Shown: positions 48,909 through 62,978 of the stretch, piece after piece
How the letters are laid out: the number at the start of each line of letters is the position of its first letter
Numbering within the stretch: position 1 is the stretch's first letter
Assembly: GCA_030264375.1 (NCBI GenBank)
Contig: JASCQW010000132.1
Span: forward strand, 91,286,341 to 91,350,340
DNA from: Carcharhinus longimanus
Lineage: Eukaryota
DNA length: 64,000 bases
Reading direction: 5' to 3'
Position numbers and translations under genes: made by a program
Notes under the pieces: generated by a model
Seen by the model: only the letters and a program-made list of their open reading frames with translations
The model's database searches: none
What the model was told of the DNA's origin: nothing

Positions 48909-50936
48909 ATCTGATACACCTACAGGGAGCAGCAAGACCAGAAAGAAATTAAACAGGAGTGTGAATTTCAAACAGGAAGAATTGGGGATCAGCAGATGGC
49001 ATTGGTGAGCCAAGACAGTGATGGATGGCATGAGTTGGCACCAAGACAGCTCGGATCAGCGGAAGCTTTGAGTGTGGAGAAAGACAGCCAGGACAATGAG
49101 TAGTCAAATCTGGAGGTGGCAAGGGCATGGTGAGGGTTTCAGTAGCAGTAGGAGGTGAAGGTTGCTGAGGTTAGAGATGAGAGCAGCAGTATTTGGTGAT
49201 GGGGGTGTTACGGGGTCACAATTTGACTCTTAGCAGTGCAGAATGCTCGAGCTATGAGCAAGTCCGCAGGCCCATTCAACCCAAATCACTAACTCAGCCC
49301 AGACCAAGGAGCAAAGTTAGAATCCTTTTTCAAATGGACGGATGTGAACTTGTCATCAAATTAAATTTGCATTTGTTACAGTAACCACATTTAAAATAAC
49401 TCCAACTCGCTTGAACCCTGAATTAGCTGGTAAATGGGTTTTGTTTCGTAACTGGAGTCAGAAGTTTGAGGACAATCGAGATAAAGCTGGAAGCTTGCCA
49501 GCGTGTTCCCTCCTGTGGATGCAGAGCTGACCCATGTATTTCCAGCATTTCCCGTTTTCCGCTCAGATTTCCAGCATTTGTAATTTTTGAACCTAAACGA
49601 TACAACTAAATGACATATTCTGCCTTGGGGAGGGGTAAAGGGGCTCATGGCAGAAGGAGAAAAAATTTGAATGCAGACAATGCCTATTCACAAATTCTTA
49701 TGAAACAATGATTCCCCTAAAATAATCTGCAGCCCTGCACAGCCCACCGGAAAATAACATTAGATCTGTGAAAATCAGCAACAATCACACCACAGTGTAG
49801 AGGGTCCCTCTGGCTGAAGGGCACAGTAAATCTGCTGGTTTTATGGGTAGGCGTTCAAATGCGTTTCATTTTACAGAAAGTCACCAGTAGTTCTAATATG
49901 CAATCGTTCTTCTCTCCTCCTCCTCCTCCCCCACCCCAATCAAACCAGGGCAAAAAACACTCTGTAATCAGCATCAGTGTTGCTACAGGGTTGAGGGAGT
50001 TTGATGTTCACACAGGTTCAACATCTTCACAACCAGCCCTTTCCTCTCAAACTCTGCACTTGACGTCTTATACATCCTTCCCCCTTCAGCCTTCTGTCAG
50101 AAGCACAAATGGGTTCTGCTAGATATAAATCTTTTATTGACTGAAACTGACATGCTGCAGATGGACTCATACAGGGCATTGTGATTCCTGCTTCTGTTTC
50201 ATTCTGTGAAAGTTTAATAAGAGGTCTAAATAAAGGACTATTGTACAGACCGTTCCTGGCAGGACTGCTGGTGTTATTCCTGGTCCCACAGATCTGAATT
50301 TTTCCACCAACTCAATCAGAGCTATTGTCAAACATTGACAAGATGACCATGCCAAGCTTTACAACATCTGCATATGTTGTCGCAGTCTCCCCCCGCCCCC
50401 CCCCCCCCCCCCCGCCCCATTCCAGGATTACATTTGTTCTGCATTTTACTGCCTTAAATGTATGTCCACCGCTCACCGCACTACACCAACTGCCAACCTA
50501 TCCTGGCCTATCCATCCCCCATGCCACCCAATTACGTTGTTCCCACAAGTACTAAGCAGATAAATCACTTAATCGGTTTAGTCACCGTGACGCACTGACA
50601 TCATCTCACTATAAACAAAAATAAGGCTGTCTTCTCAGGAGCGTCATTGAAAGAATGGCACGTACTGAGAATTCAGTGCAGTGCCACACAAAACAGCTAG
50701 GAAGTCATCTTCGACTACTGTCATCACTTCTGGCTACATAACATGTTCAGTTGGGAGGATACATTTAAAATAGCACAGAGCTCCATGGAGCAAGTTTTGT
50801 TTTGTAGTGGGAGCCTTTGTGTTATTAAACCTCGAGCACCAACAGAGAAACGGTGAAAGAAGAACAGAAGAGCTTACTGACTGGCTAAGTGGCCAGATCG
50901 TGAGTTTCAGAACCACACAATCCAGCAAGGTCTACT

Positions 50937-51292
50937 CATAGAATCCCTACAGTTCAGAAGAAGCCATTCAGCCCATCAGATACGCACTGACTCTCTGTCA
51001 GAGTATCTTACTCAGGTCCGCATCCCGCCTTTTCCTTGTAATCCCACACATTTACCGTGGTTAATCCATCAATCCTACACAGCTTGGGACACTAAGGGGA
51101 AATTTAGAGTGACCAATGCACCTAACCCACACATTTTCGAACTGTGGGAGAAAGCTGGAGCACTCGGAGGGAACCCACGCAGACACAGAGAGAACATGCA
51201 AACTCCATACAGTGACCCAAGGGCAGAACTGAATCCATGTCCCTGGAGCTGTGAGACAGCAATGCTACCAACCACTGGGCCACCACGTTGCC
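50937..51292 (-). mobile_element. HE1-like V-SINE
   Basis: CATAGAATCCCTACAGT...GGAACCCACGCAGACACAGAGAGAACATGCAAACTCCATACAGTGACCCAAG is the reverse complement of HE1. Confidence 0.85.
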
Positions 51293-51751
51293 CTATGTTT
51301 AATCGCTGCTCAGAGGCTGACCTCAACAAATGTGGCCTCAATCACCTATAGTTCTAAGTGTGTGTGGAGATGGAGGAACCTATACATTACTTGGATCTGA
51401 ATGAAGAATCCCAAAATTTATTGACATGATAAAATTGTCATTTTGGCAAACACAGTACTACAAGTGGCTTCAGCACAACACAGATTCATGGAATGGGCAG
51501 ACAGGTGGCAGGTACAGTTTCAGGTGGACAGTATGAAGTAAATACACTTTGGGAGAAAAAAAGCATGTAACGAGAGTGCACATTTGTACGGATAAGTGAT
51601 TCAAACAGCTAATTCCCCAAAATTGTAAGCATAGATAAATACACAAAACATGTCAAATGTTTTTGGATTTTATGAACAGGAAGATAAAGTAGAACGAGAA
51701 GAACAATGTATATACATAGCTTATTTCAGGAATGACCCAAAACCTGGGACA

Positions 51752-52040
51752 TGGGGCAAAATGCTGGTTAGCACTGCTGCCTCACAGCACCAGGGACCCG
51801 ACTTCCATTGCCGGCTTGTGTTGCTATCTATGTGGAATCTGCATGTGTCTGTGTGGGTTTCCTCCAGGCGCTCTGGTTTCCTCCCATAGTCCAAAAGATA
51901 TGCTGGTTAGGTGCACTGGCTGTGCTAAATTCTGCCTCAATGTACCCGAACAAGCACTGGAGTGTGGCGATGAGGGGATTTTCACAATAACTTCATTACA
52001 TTGTTAATGTAAGCCCATTTGTGACTAAGAAATAAAACAT
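51752..52040 (+). mobile_element. V-SINE with the alternative tail (same as 32943-33228)
   Basis: GGTTAGCACTGCTGCCTCACAGCACCAGGGACCC...CCCGAACAAGCACTGGAGTGTGGCGATGAGGGGATTTTCACAATAACTTCATTAC...GTGACTAAGAAATAAA. Confidence 0.8.
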
Positions 52041-52587
52041 TACTCTAACTTTTATGTCTCAAAGTCTATGGTCACCAATTTGCACACAGCAATATCCAAA
52101 AATTAAATAATGACCAAAAAAGTCCAATTTAGTGATGCTTATTTTGAGATAACCACTGTCACTATGGAGAGCTCCCCTGAACTCTGCACAAACTGTGTTG
52201 TAGGACCTGAGCAAAGCAGTAAAGTTGAATTTGAACAATTTCTGCTTTGTTATGACACATCTTCAATTACTCTAAGGCAAGTGCACATCTGTCCCATGGA
52301 TTCTATCAAATGTACTGTGCAAGCCTTCAAGACAGTACCCGAGCATTTCTTTTCCCTTCTCTCAATAGAAGGAAAAAGCTCTAGTCTGCATTGTTTGGAT
52401 GGCAGAGTCCATGCTGGGATCATGCTAGAACAATCCTCTGTTCTGCTATTCCTAAACAACACCACAAAACTCCAACAGACTATAAAGTCTCTGATTTAAT
52501 CCTTGGCTCAAACATTACTCAAAGACAATCAGGGCTTCGGCGTAATCTTAAGATTTAAGGCATAATGCCCAAGATACCAGGAGATGC

Positions 52588-52743
52588 AGCCTCACAAGGC
52601 TGTGTTCTCAGCCCCCTTCTGTGCTCCTTATACACCTATGACTGTGCGGCCAAATTCCCCTCCAATTCAATTTTCAAGTTTGCTGATGACATCACCGCAG
52701 AGGGTTGGATCTCAATCAACAACGAGACAGAGTACAGGAATGA
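52588..52743 (+). mobile_element. Rex1/Babar-like LINE RT fragment
   Basis: Translates SQGCVLSPLLCSLYTYDCAAKFPSNSIFKFADDIT..G.IS.NNETEYR (PQGCVLSPLLYSLYT.DC and KFADD motifs). Confidence 0.8.
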
Positions 52744-53565
52744 NNNNNNNNNNNNNNNNNNNNNNNNNNNNNNNNNNNNNNNNNNNNNNNNNNNNNNNNN
52801 NNNNNNNNNNNNNNNNNNNNNNNNNNNNNNNNNNNNNNNNNNNCAGGAAGCCAGCAAGGCATGGACCTCACTTTACCTTGGGTAAAATACCAGCAAGGGC
52901 AGAATGATTAATTGGCTATTTAAGGTTGGGCCATACTAACACCTCCCATAAAATTTTAGACAAGTTGGAGCAGGTGGGTAGATGGCAAGAAGGCCACTTG
53001 CTGGGCTTTACGTGTTTTTAAATCTGCTAGCAGGGAAGCTTAAATTCCAGTCATTATCTAAAAATTTTCTATTTCTTTATATACTGTCCCAAAATATGTC
53101 AGATCTTTGGTAAAAGTATGGTAAGTGTTCCTCAGCTTCTGTCCCATAACTTAAAGAAAACAATGAAGTGAAAATTAGCCTGGCCCCTGTTTCTGGACCC
53201 AGAGTTGGTGCTGTGCTCTAGAGAGGAGTTCACATTGAGCCTGGGGCCTGATCTAAATATGCTGAATAAGCTACCAGTGTCTGTTATGTCTCCACAGGCA
53301 ATTTGCCCTTCTCCAGGACTGAATTCTGAGGTGCCTATCTGTTTGTTGGCAGTTACTGGTGAGCTACAGCAAACTCCTGAAATTGGAAGTATAACAGATC
53401 TGGTACTTTTCTCCAAGGGTTCCTTATAAATAGTTGATCCGCCCCTACAGTACATATTCAACAGTTCTGATGAGACTTAGGCATCCCCCGGAATTGATAT
53501 TCCTTACTCCCTTTCAATGCTCATAATAGACAAAATGCCTTTATCTTTGATTATAAGAGTCACAG

Positions 53566-54290
53566 AGTCAGAGGTTTACAACATGGAAACAGGCCCTTTG
53601 GCCTAATTTGTCCATGCTGCCCCTCTTTTTAACCCCTAAGCTAATTCCAATTGCCTGCATTTGGCCCATTATCTGTCTATACCCAACTGACCCATGTAAC
53701 TGTCTAAATGCTTTTCAAAAGATAAAATTGTACTTGCTTCTACTACCACCGTTGGCAGCTTGCTTCAGACACTCATCACTCTCTGTGTGGAAAAATTGCA
53801 CCTCTGAACCCTTTTGTGCCTCTCCCCTCTCACCTTAAACTATGTCTTCTAGTTTTAGACACCCCTACCTTTGGGAAATGATATTGACTACGTAGCTGAN
53901 NNNNNNNNNNNNNNNNNNNNNNNNNNNNNNNNNNNNNNNNNNNNNNNNNNNNNNNNNNNNNNNNNNNNNNNNNNNNNNNNNNNNNNNNNNNNNNNNNNNA
54001 GGCACTCACTACCCTCTGTGTGAAAAAATTGCTCCTCTGGACCCTTTTGTATTTCTCCCCTCTCACCTTAAACCTATTCCCTCTAGTTTTAGACTCCCCT
54101 ATCTCTGGGAAAAGATATTGACTATCTCACTGATCTATGTCCCTCATTATTTTATAGACCTCTATAAGATTATCCCTCAGCCTTCTACACTCCAGAGTAA
54201 AAACTTCCAGTTTATCCAGCCTCTCCTTATAATTCAAACCATCAAGTCCCAGTAGCATCCTAATAAATCTCTTCTGCACTCTTTCTACTC
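53566..54290 (-). mobile_element. CR1 3' region split by a gap, with an overlapping duplicated segment
   Basis: ORF 54127-54336 ERVQKRFIRMLLGLDGLNYKERLDKLEVFTLECRRLRDNLIEVYKIMRDID is the CR1 ORF2 C-terminus. The tail is at ~53566-53640. Confidence 0.85.
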
Positions 54291-55362
54291 CATGTTGAAC
54301 ACAACCTGGAGGAAACGCTGAGGGTGGCAAGGGCACAGACTGTACTCTGGGTGGTGGATTTCAGTGCTCATCACCAAGTGTGGCTCAACAGCACCACCAC
54401 AGACTGGGCTGGTCAGGTCCTAAAGGATGAAGCTGCAAGACTGAGTCTGTGCAGGTGGTGAGGGAAGGAATCAACAAGAAGGAAAAACATACTTGACCTC
54501 ATCCTCACCAACCCACAGATATATTTGTCCATGACAGTATAGGTTAGAGTGACCATCACACAATCCTTGTGGAGACGAAGTCTTGTTTTCACACTGACCA
54601 TATCCTCCACCGCATTGTGTGGCACGACCATCACACTAAATGGGATAGATTTCAAACAGATCTAGCAACTCAAGTGTGGGCAATCATGAGGCACTGTGGG
54701 CCATCAGCATAGCAGAATTATACTCGGCCACAACCTGTAACTTATGTCCTGGCATATTCCCCACTCTATCATTAACATCAAGCCAGGAGATAAACCCTGG
54801 TTCATTCAAAAGTGCAGGAGGGTTTGCCAGGAGCAGCATTCCTAAAAGTAAGGTGTCAATTTTATGTACACAATCAAAATTAATTACATCATTAGGTCTA
54901 ATTAATAATGTAATTCACTAGACTGTGAAAACATTCATCCAATGGTAAACTCTCCTATTTTGATTTTATTCCTCTCTGTATTTACAGAAAATGAAGGATT
55001 AATGTCTTTCTGCCAGTTTAATAATAAAACTTGTGCAATTAGTTCCTATAACATTCAATATCCTGAATATATTCTAAGAGAATACACTTACAATAGTTGT
55101 ATTTTTACCAGTGAAAACAATCTTTGCAGTTTAGTCACAAATCCTGAGTCAGGGGTTACTGCAACAAAGAATATTTCTATTCTGCTTCACACAATATAGC
55201 GGGTAAAGCTTTTGTTTTAATTCTCCTATTGTAATGCAGACTGATTTCTGTGGATTCATCAGCCAACCATAAACAGTGTACTAGCACTTCTGACCACTAG
55301 ATGATGCCATGGGAGATACAATCAGAAAACTAGACATCTTTGGGAAAACTCCCTAAATACGA

Positions 55363-55585
55363 ACAGAAAATGCTGGAGAAACTTAGCAGGTCTGACAGCA
55401 TCTGTGGAGTGAGAATAGAGCCAACGTTTCGAGTCAGGATTACCCTTTGTCAGAGTTGTGGTAAAGGGCCATCTAGACTCGAAAAGTTGGCTCCATTCTC
55501 TCTCCACAGATGTTGTCAGCTGTGGAGTTTCTTCAGCATTTTCTGTTTTTGTTTCAGATTCCAGCGTCCACAGTGTTTTGCCTTT
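55363..55585. repeat. Penelope-like palindromic element (~190-bp hairpin)
   Basis: ACAGAAAATGCTG...CAGCATTTTCTGT, CATCTGTGGAG...CTCCACAGATG and GAGCCAACGTTTCGAGTC...GACTCGAAAAGTTGGCTC form nested inverted pairs. Confidence 0.8.
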
Positions 55586-58009
55586 ATCCCAAAATATGAA
55601 ACTAGTCAAATCATAAGAGATGTATATATTGACTTGTCCTTGTTTCTCTTTGAGGATAACAATTTACTTTTACTTGACAAATCTATCCTTTATCCATGTC
55701 ACTAATCATCTGTGATCAAAGCAGGGCTGGAGTATGTCTCAAACAGCAGTTCCATTCTCCATTCCAAAGATGTGGTCTTTTAACTCCTGACCTTAAATTA
55801 CCACAGACTTTTCAGGAAGATAATCAGAGTATCTTTGGCTGCTAAAGTACATGTATGTAATATGGTTCAATGCAAAAATGAATCATTAAAATAATATATT
55901 GATATGCTGGTTTATAACAGGTGGAAGATTTTTGAGTCACAGCCGAATAGCAACTACTATTTAGAGGGAAATAAACAGATCAGTATTTCCAAACTGTATA
56001 CTTGGACTATTTACTCAGTTGCTTATGCAGATATAGTTGTGAATAACACATCCACATGCTTGTGTTCAAAAATGGGTATGTTCAAACCTCCGGATATTTT
56101 GGTAAATGTAAAAGGCCAACATAGCAGTGGCAAAGAAGTACAGCTTCCACAAGCCCATCTATCTTTCATCCACCAGTTTCAACTCAACCAACCTTATGCC
56201 ACAGCACTGTGGGTGTACCCATATCACATGGATTTAAGAAGGCTGCTAACAACCACCTTCTTAAGGGCAGTTATGGATGGGCAATGCAGACTGGAATAGC
56301 CAGTGAAGCCCACATCCTATAAATTAATAAAAAAAAGACAAGAATTCAAATTAAAAAAGAAAATAAATCTTAAACAATTTAGATAAATTTTAATACGGAA
56401 AATAACAACACAGCTTGAAGTCTCTTATTTCTACATCCAATTTGATGTACACAAAATGCATTGGCCATTATACATTGTTCCAAACAATGAACAGATAAAA
56501 AGGTGGGTTTTATTGATTCAATTTTTCTAATATTCTTGCTAATGCTAGAATGGGAAAACTTTTGGAGCAACCAAATTGCACTTCAAATTAGTTATTACAT
56601 CTCCAATAAAATTAAGGTCATCACCTCTGGTTGGGAAGTATTTCTAGAGAGTTGACTGCATGGCATTCAACCATGTGACATCCGACCACATGACATTTAT
56701 CCAGAGTTTGAAAAGGTTATTATATTTTCCTTACAAAGTCTGAATTTCCAATAATTAGGAGACTTTGGAGAGGTTAGGAATTTTGCTCATGGTTTTGTCC
56801 TGACAGCTGTCATATGAGACATTCCAAAAATCATGAGGTCATACATGGAGACGGCATAAAAATAAACTTGAATAAACAAAGGTGTAAACTGTGATTGTGA
56901 AATGTGGCCTCTAGTAGTTCTGCGAGATTAATCTTCCATTCCTGAAAGTTCCAGGCAATCCAGGAGGATTGGCAATCTAATCCTAACCCTATTCCTTACC
57001 CAATGATTTGGGATAGAACAAGGGAACATAAGCCAGGTCTCCTGCTCCTGATCAATAACCAGTGTCCCTGAGATAGAAAGAGGGAACATTATCCATGGTT
57101 CCTGTTCCTTTTTTTATGCTGATCTAGTCCAAAGCCATTTGTGGTGAAACATTCCATGGTGAAAATTTTTTTTCTTGCCCCCTTGGTTCTTCCAGTAAGA
57201 ATAATCTCAGAATCCTTGTTCTTTATTTGCCAAACACTAGAAATGATCTTTCACTATTTAATTAGGGTAAGGTATCAAGGGCTGGGTCTTACAGCCCTCT
57301 ACAAGCGTGTTTGAAGGCTGGGGAGAGCTTGTAAAATGTAGTGTGCAATCTTTCCACTGCCTTACTGCCTGCCTCCAACCTGGGCAGGCAGAGCATCATC
57401 AGGCAGCCCTCTCGCCCTTTAGCCTACTGAGGCACTTAAAGGCCACTTAAGCATCTCATTTCACCTCTGCTGCTATTTTACCTGTGACAGAGAAGACCCA
57501 TACACTCAGTAGCTTTTACTCCATAGGCTCGTGTCAGAAAGCATGGGGGAGGAATGGAGGGAACTTCCTTTAGGGGTCCCCTATGTCCATCCTCAATGTT
57601 GTATTGCTTTTAACCCTCCTTTTGATCATCTCAAACACCGCCCGCAACCCTCTCACCCCGGTTAAACTGGGGTCTGCTAGTTAAGCCCTGCCAATCGCCA
57701 CTCCCTGAGCCTAAGTTCCCATGATCCAAGTCCCTAGTTTTCTTCTCACCCCCACCCAAAGCCATATTCTTTCCGTCATTCTCCATTTCCTAGTCTTCTT
57801 CTCTGAGCCACCATTCCTTAGCTCATTTCAGTTACCTGTCTCCTTCTCTCCAAGTACCAAGCCTCTGATCATGTGTCCCCCTCACATTTTTCTCTCTTGC
57901 CCCCACCCCACTAGCCCCAATACCTAACTGCAACCCTCTACTTGCCACTGCCCTCCCGCCTTCGTCCCCTAACACCCTCTCGACTGTCTTCAATTTTTCC
58001 TCAGAGCAC

Positions 58010-58350
58010 AGGTTGAGAAAATTTGATCGAGCTGAACAAAATCATGGCAGTTTTGATGGAGTAGATAAGAAGAAACTGCTTACGTTGGCAGAGGAGTTAG
58101 TAAGCAGAAGACACAGGTTTAGGATGATAGGCAATAGAATTAGAAGTGTTATCAGGAATTCCTTTATACAGAGAGTTGTTGTGATCTGGAAAACATCGTC
58201 TGAAAGGGTAGTGGAAGCAGATTCATTGGTAACTTTCAAAAGGAAAATGATGAATTAACTGAATAGAAAAAATTACAGGTATTGGATAAAGAGAAAGGAG
58301 TGGGATTAATTGGATAGTTCTTTCAAAGAACTGGCATGAGTTTGACAGAC
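58010..58350 (+). mobile_element. Old CR1 3' fragment
   Basis: ORF 58013-58258 FDGVDKKKL..LAE...SRRHRF...SFIQRVVVIWK...RVVEADSLVTFKRKM is the CR1 ORF2 C-terminus. Confidence 0.75.
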
Positions 58351-59189
58351 AAATTACCTTCTTTGTTTTTTTAAATTTTATAACTATACGAGTTGCCCAA
58401 TACTGAGTCTTGAGCCGTCCTCTGTTCTCCTGTCAGATGTCCCAAATACATAACCATTCTGGTCTGCCCTTTTATCTTTTGTCCTCTCATCCAAGCCTTA
58501 ATTCCCTGATCCTTAGTTTCTGTTAACTCTCTTTGGCCCAAACTCACTCCTTTGCCAGTGCAGCTCTTCAGTCTGTTATATATTAGAGTTATTGTGAATT
58601 GCATGGTCCCTTTAAGGTTTTGGTCACACGGTCAGTCTGTGACATCATCGGCTGTTTCATGGGCTTTATTCAGTTTAGATCCAGCCACTGTGGAATAAAC
58701 AGCTACCTAATAAACCTGTTCTGTTGTTACACTCAAAACCCATGTGCTATCACTTTATTTTCTTTGACACTGCATCAAGTGCTTTATAATAGGATCAAAA
58801 GAAAACTGGTGATAAGAAGAGGATTTTAATTCTTCCATTAAAAAAAAACAGGAAAAATCAAAATAGCATCTATCATTGGAAGACAACAGGAAGTTTCAAC
58901 TTTGGTCAAAATCAATGACATGTTAGGCAATGGCACCTTATATCTGACCAATAAGATTGTGGGCAGTAAAGAAGGTCCCTAGTTTATTAAACTGGCACCA
59001 CAAAGACTTCCAGCTGTGGAGCTTGCCATGTATACTGTTAGAAAAGGCAAAGTGAGTGAGAAAACATTTTTGCACTGCAGTAAGTCTTTGGAGAAATAAT
59101 AACTGCTACTGTTNNNNNNNNNNNNNNNNNNNNNNGACCATTTTCTATCAAGGGCACTGTTGTGCAGTTTGCAGTGCTAATGAAAAATG

Positions 59190-60725
59190 ACTGGAAATGT
59201 TTGTGCCATTAGGCAATTCGAGGAAGAATCTGAGAATTGCAAGTCTTATACAGAAAGATTTCATCTTATAGCCAAGCCAATACAAGACAGGATATTGTAG
59301 TCCTTGTTTTCCTAAGCGCTATTGACAATAAAACTTTTAATCTACTAAGGAGTTGGTTCAACCCGAGTAACCTGGTAGTAAAGCTCATCAAGAACTAGCA
59401 AAATTTTAGAAGATCATTATGTCCAAAGACCATTGACAATAGCGAAGTGTCTTTGTCTTCATAAAAGGAATCAGAGGGAGAAAACATCGCGCAATATGTT
59501 GTGACACTGAAGCGCCTCAGAGCACTGTGAATTTGGCGACTCTTTAGATGATATTATCAGAGACAGACTCGTTAATGGCCTTAGAAATGAAGCTATATAC
59601 TGAAGATTATGAATGGAAAGAACTTAGGGTTTAAAATCAACCTTGGAGATAGCTGCTTCAATGAAGCTTGCTACAAAAGAGGTTTCTCTGCTAGGAGCAG
59701 GCATGAGGATCCATAACATGGGTGACACCCAGAGGAAGTCTACCCTGCAACAGGTGTGTCATCACTGTGTGCCAGCAGGACAGTTACAGGCTGAATGCTG
59801 GAGCAAGAACAGCCAATGCAGAACTTATGGCAAGATTGGTCATACATGCTGGAAGAAAACAACTTCTGCAGAAAAGAGCATCTCTAAAAGCAACCTGGAT
59901 ATACCAAAGAAGAATAAAACAAATTTCGCCACAAGAATTTATAATATAGAAGAAAAGAGAAACAAGATAAATGAAGACCAAAAACACAAGTCTGATGAAG
60001 AATTAAAGGTGAATGTATTTTCGATTCAAGGCTAATTCCAAAATTGAATGGGAAGTCAATAAGAATGGAAATCGACACAGGGGCTGCTGTCTGCCTAATT
60101 CTTAAGACCATCTACAAACAATATCTGAAGCATCTGTCCTTAAAGCCAGCAGATGTTATCCTGAGGGCCTACATAGAAAAAATAGAGCCTCTCAGAGGAT
60201 GCATCACCATGAAAGTAGAGGTAAATGGGCAAACCGCAGAGCTGCCACTCCATGTTGTCCAAGGAAACTTTCTAGATCTCTTTGGTCATTCTTGACTAGA
60301 GAACATAAAGCTGAATTGGAATGGTTTGAACAGATTAGTGGGTTCTAAGACAAGCTTACAAAGTGTCTTAGAGAAATACAATAGTGTTTTCGAAGATACA
60401 CTGGGATCATTGAAAGGAGTTCAAGCGTCACTCAAGATTAAAGTGAACATCCAATCTAAGACTCTCAAGGTCAGATCAATACCTTATGCTATACATTCAA
60501 AGGTAGAAACATTCTCGAAGAAACTTGTAGACACAGGAGTCTTAGAACCCATCACTATCAGTGACTGGGCAACCCCAATAGTGCCTGTAATGAACACTGC
60601 ACATGTTTGGAGATTTCAAAACAACAGTCAATCCTGTTCTCTATGTGGATCAATGCCTATTACCATTGATTGAGAACTTGTCCTAGCAGGATGACAGAAA
60701 TTCAGCAAAATTGACTTGTCACAGA
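59190..60725 (+). mobile_element. Gypsy/Ty3 LTR retrotransposon remnant: gag, zinc knuckles, protease, start of RT (frameshifted)
   Basis: Gag-like NIAQYVVTLKRL..HCEFGDSLDDIIRDRLVNGLRNEAI, degenerate CCHC knuckles (CHHC...C; CRTYGKIGHTC), aspartic protease MEIDTGAAV, and RT start ISDWATPIVPV and KFSKIDLSQ. Confidence 0.9.
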
Positions 60726-62978
60726 CTGGTCTTTTTAAAAAAATTCTAACTCCTATAGTTTACTCATTATTTTGCCTGATAAACAACACTGAAAATTGGA
60801 AAAAAATGTTTGAAATTGCATATTTATTTGAATCTTTTATGCAACAGTTTTGCATGTTTGCAACTATCAAACAAAAATCAATAACATTGTAGTCTATTTT
60901 AAATATTGCTGCGATTCTAAAATCTTTGTATGCAAATCACGACAAAAGTTAGAAAATAGCATGCTCAATACAAGAAAAAGTGAACTGAAATGTCTATGGT
61001 CTGATCATACCTGTAATTTATTAACTCTCTGACCTATTGATTTTTTGGTATAATCTTTCTGGTTACAAGAATATTACAATGACCTCAACTCAGTTCAGCC
61101 TCACCGCTAACTTTAATTAACAAATGAGAAACTAGTGAATTGTTTTATTTAAATGGTCCATTATATTGGTGAATTTTACAAAGATGTGGGTATCTAAGTT
61201 CAATATCCCAGAAAATGGGTGTAGAGATCATGATGTTTGATTAGCCTGCCTAATGATTACTATGCAGGCAGCAAGCTAGCATCATGTTTCTTGTTCATTC
61301 AATAATTTCAGCATCATCGCAGCACTAACTGCACTGTTGATTGGCTAAGTGTAGGAGGTCAATGTTTTGAGTGCCCAGCACCACATAAAACTAGCCTGAT
61401 TACTTGAAGGTACCCTCTATCTCCTACAGCTGAGGCATACTCTAGCTGGAGCAAGTTCTGGCAGTCACTCAGGAAGTGACTGATTTGGAAAACATTAAAG
61501 CCTCACACCCACACATCTTCCAGGTTGCACACACTGCCAACTATATTCATCCATGTCAGCCACATCACACAAACAGATTTCACAACATTCACTGACAAAC
61601 TTCCCTCTCTCTTGAAGGACAAGGCAGTGCACAATCAAAGACAGCAGGAGCAAGACAATGTAGCTATTATCAAGACAGCCATTGTTGAGGCTGTGGTCAT
61701 ATCAGAGGCAGGGCTGCTACTATTATTGAATGGTGATATTGACAGACCTAATACTGCTCACATCCCTACTCATCCCACACTCTCTGATTTGCAAACTGCC
61801 AATGGTGTAAGCAAGTATTGCTTATGTTCCCAACCCACCCCCACCCCAAGAACTTACCAAGAAATAATTTTCCTTATAGATACCCAAAACATACAACCCA
61901 CCCAGGCAGAGGAGGGCACTAATGCTGAAGACACGTCATCACTAGATTTCACATTTTTAACCATCAGCTTAGATACTGAAATTATACTTAATTTAAAGGA
62001 TAACACAGAGTCCTGATCCACATATGGTGAGACACTGGTCATGACTGACTGGCAACAAAGGCAGAAGGCAAGGAAAACACGGGTGTCAGCTCATTAGAGA
62101 TTGAGATCCCTCATGAACATTACTGCAGAGAACTCAGATGGGCGTTTTGATGGGGCAACCTACAGAATACTGATGAGTATACATAACAAAATACTTGATG
62201 CATTGGAAAGTTTGCTGGAAAGCCTGCAGTCAATGTTAAACAGCAGAGAGGAGGCTTGGCACAGAACTTGGAGTTCACCCTTTTGAGTGTGGAATTGGTG
62301 ACCAATTTGTGGACTCAACCAAGATTCAATGTCGAAAGGGTTTTATTGTCCTCATGCAAGATTAGCTTTCTGCCACAAAAACTTGAACTGCTGCCGTCAT
62401 AATTGTGGATTAGTGTGCCAAGAGGTTTGCATGATATCCAGCAATCAGTCTTTCAATAGATTAGAGGGATTTCTGAGGCATCGTTCTGGGGATGGCAATG
62501 ACTCCATGAAGCACGAACATGCTGCTGCCTATGCTAAGATCATGTAATCAGCAGCATGGCCTTTAGACCTAGTATAGTCTAGGTCATTCTACAAGGGTGT
62601 CTACAAGTTTCCCCTATTGAAAATCACCAGTCTTTCATTGGTCATGCTGCAACCACTGTTGGACCACTGCAAAGAAGTGCAAGGCCAGGCAGGGCTTTAA
62701 TTGTGTACCAAATGGCATGAATTTATATACAACTTTTGTTCACAGTTCTTTGTGGTGAATTTTATTTTTGCATTGTAGCAATAAATTGTTCACAGATAAA
62801 GGGAAGGTCAGGAGTCTGGGACCATTAGTGAATGGTGAATTGAATTCGCAGTAACTGATATCACACTTGAATTAGTTCCTTATAGATAACCGGGGCAACG
62901 TGGTTTCTCCCCTTCCTTCCACCTCTTCACTATGACCCTGCTCCTCAGTTACTGGTTTAGCGGCTCATGGCAAAGCTG

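Noticed and set aside
53768-54135. Tandem duplication of a CR1 segment either side of a gap
   Set aside because: The overlap flanks a 100-N gap and is most simply two similar CR1 copies or haplotypes joined by scaffolding, so it cannot be called as biology.
58370-59010. 5' LTR and primer-binding site of the Gypsy remnant
   Set aside because: An AATAAA and a weak TGGC...-type PBS (~58992) exist, but there is no second LTR copy to confirm boundaries.
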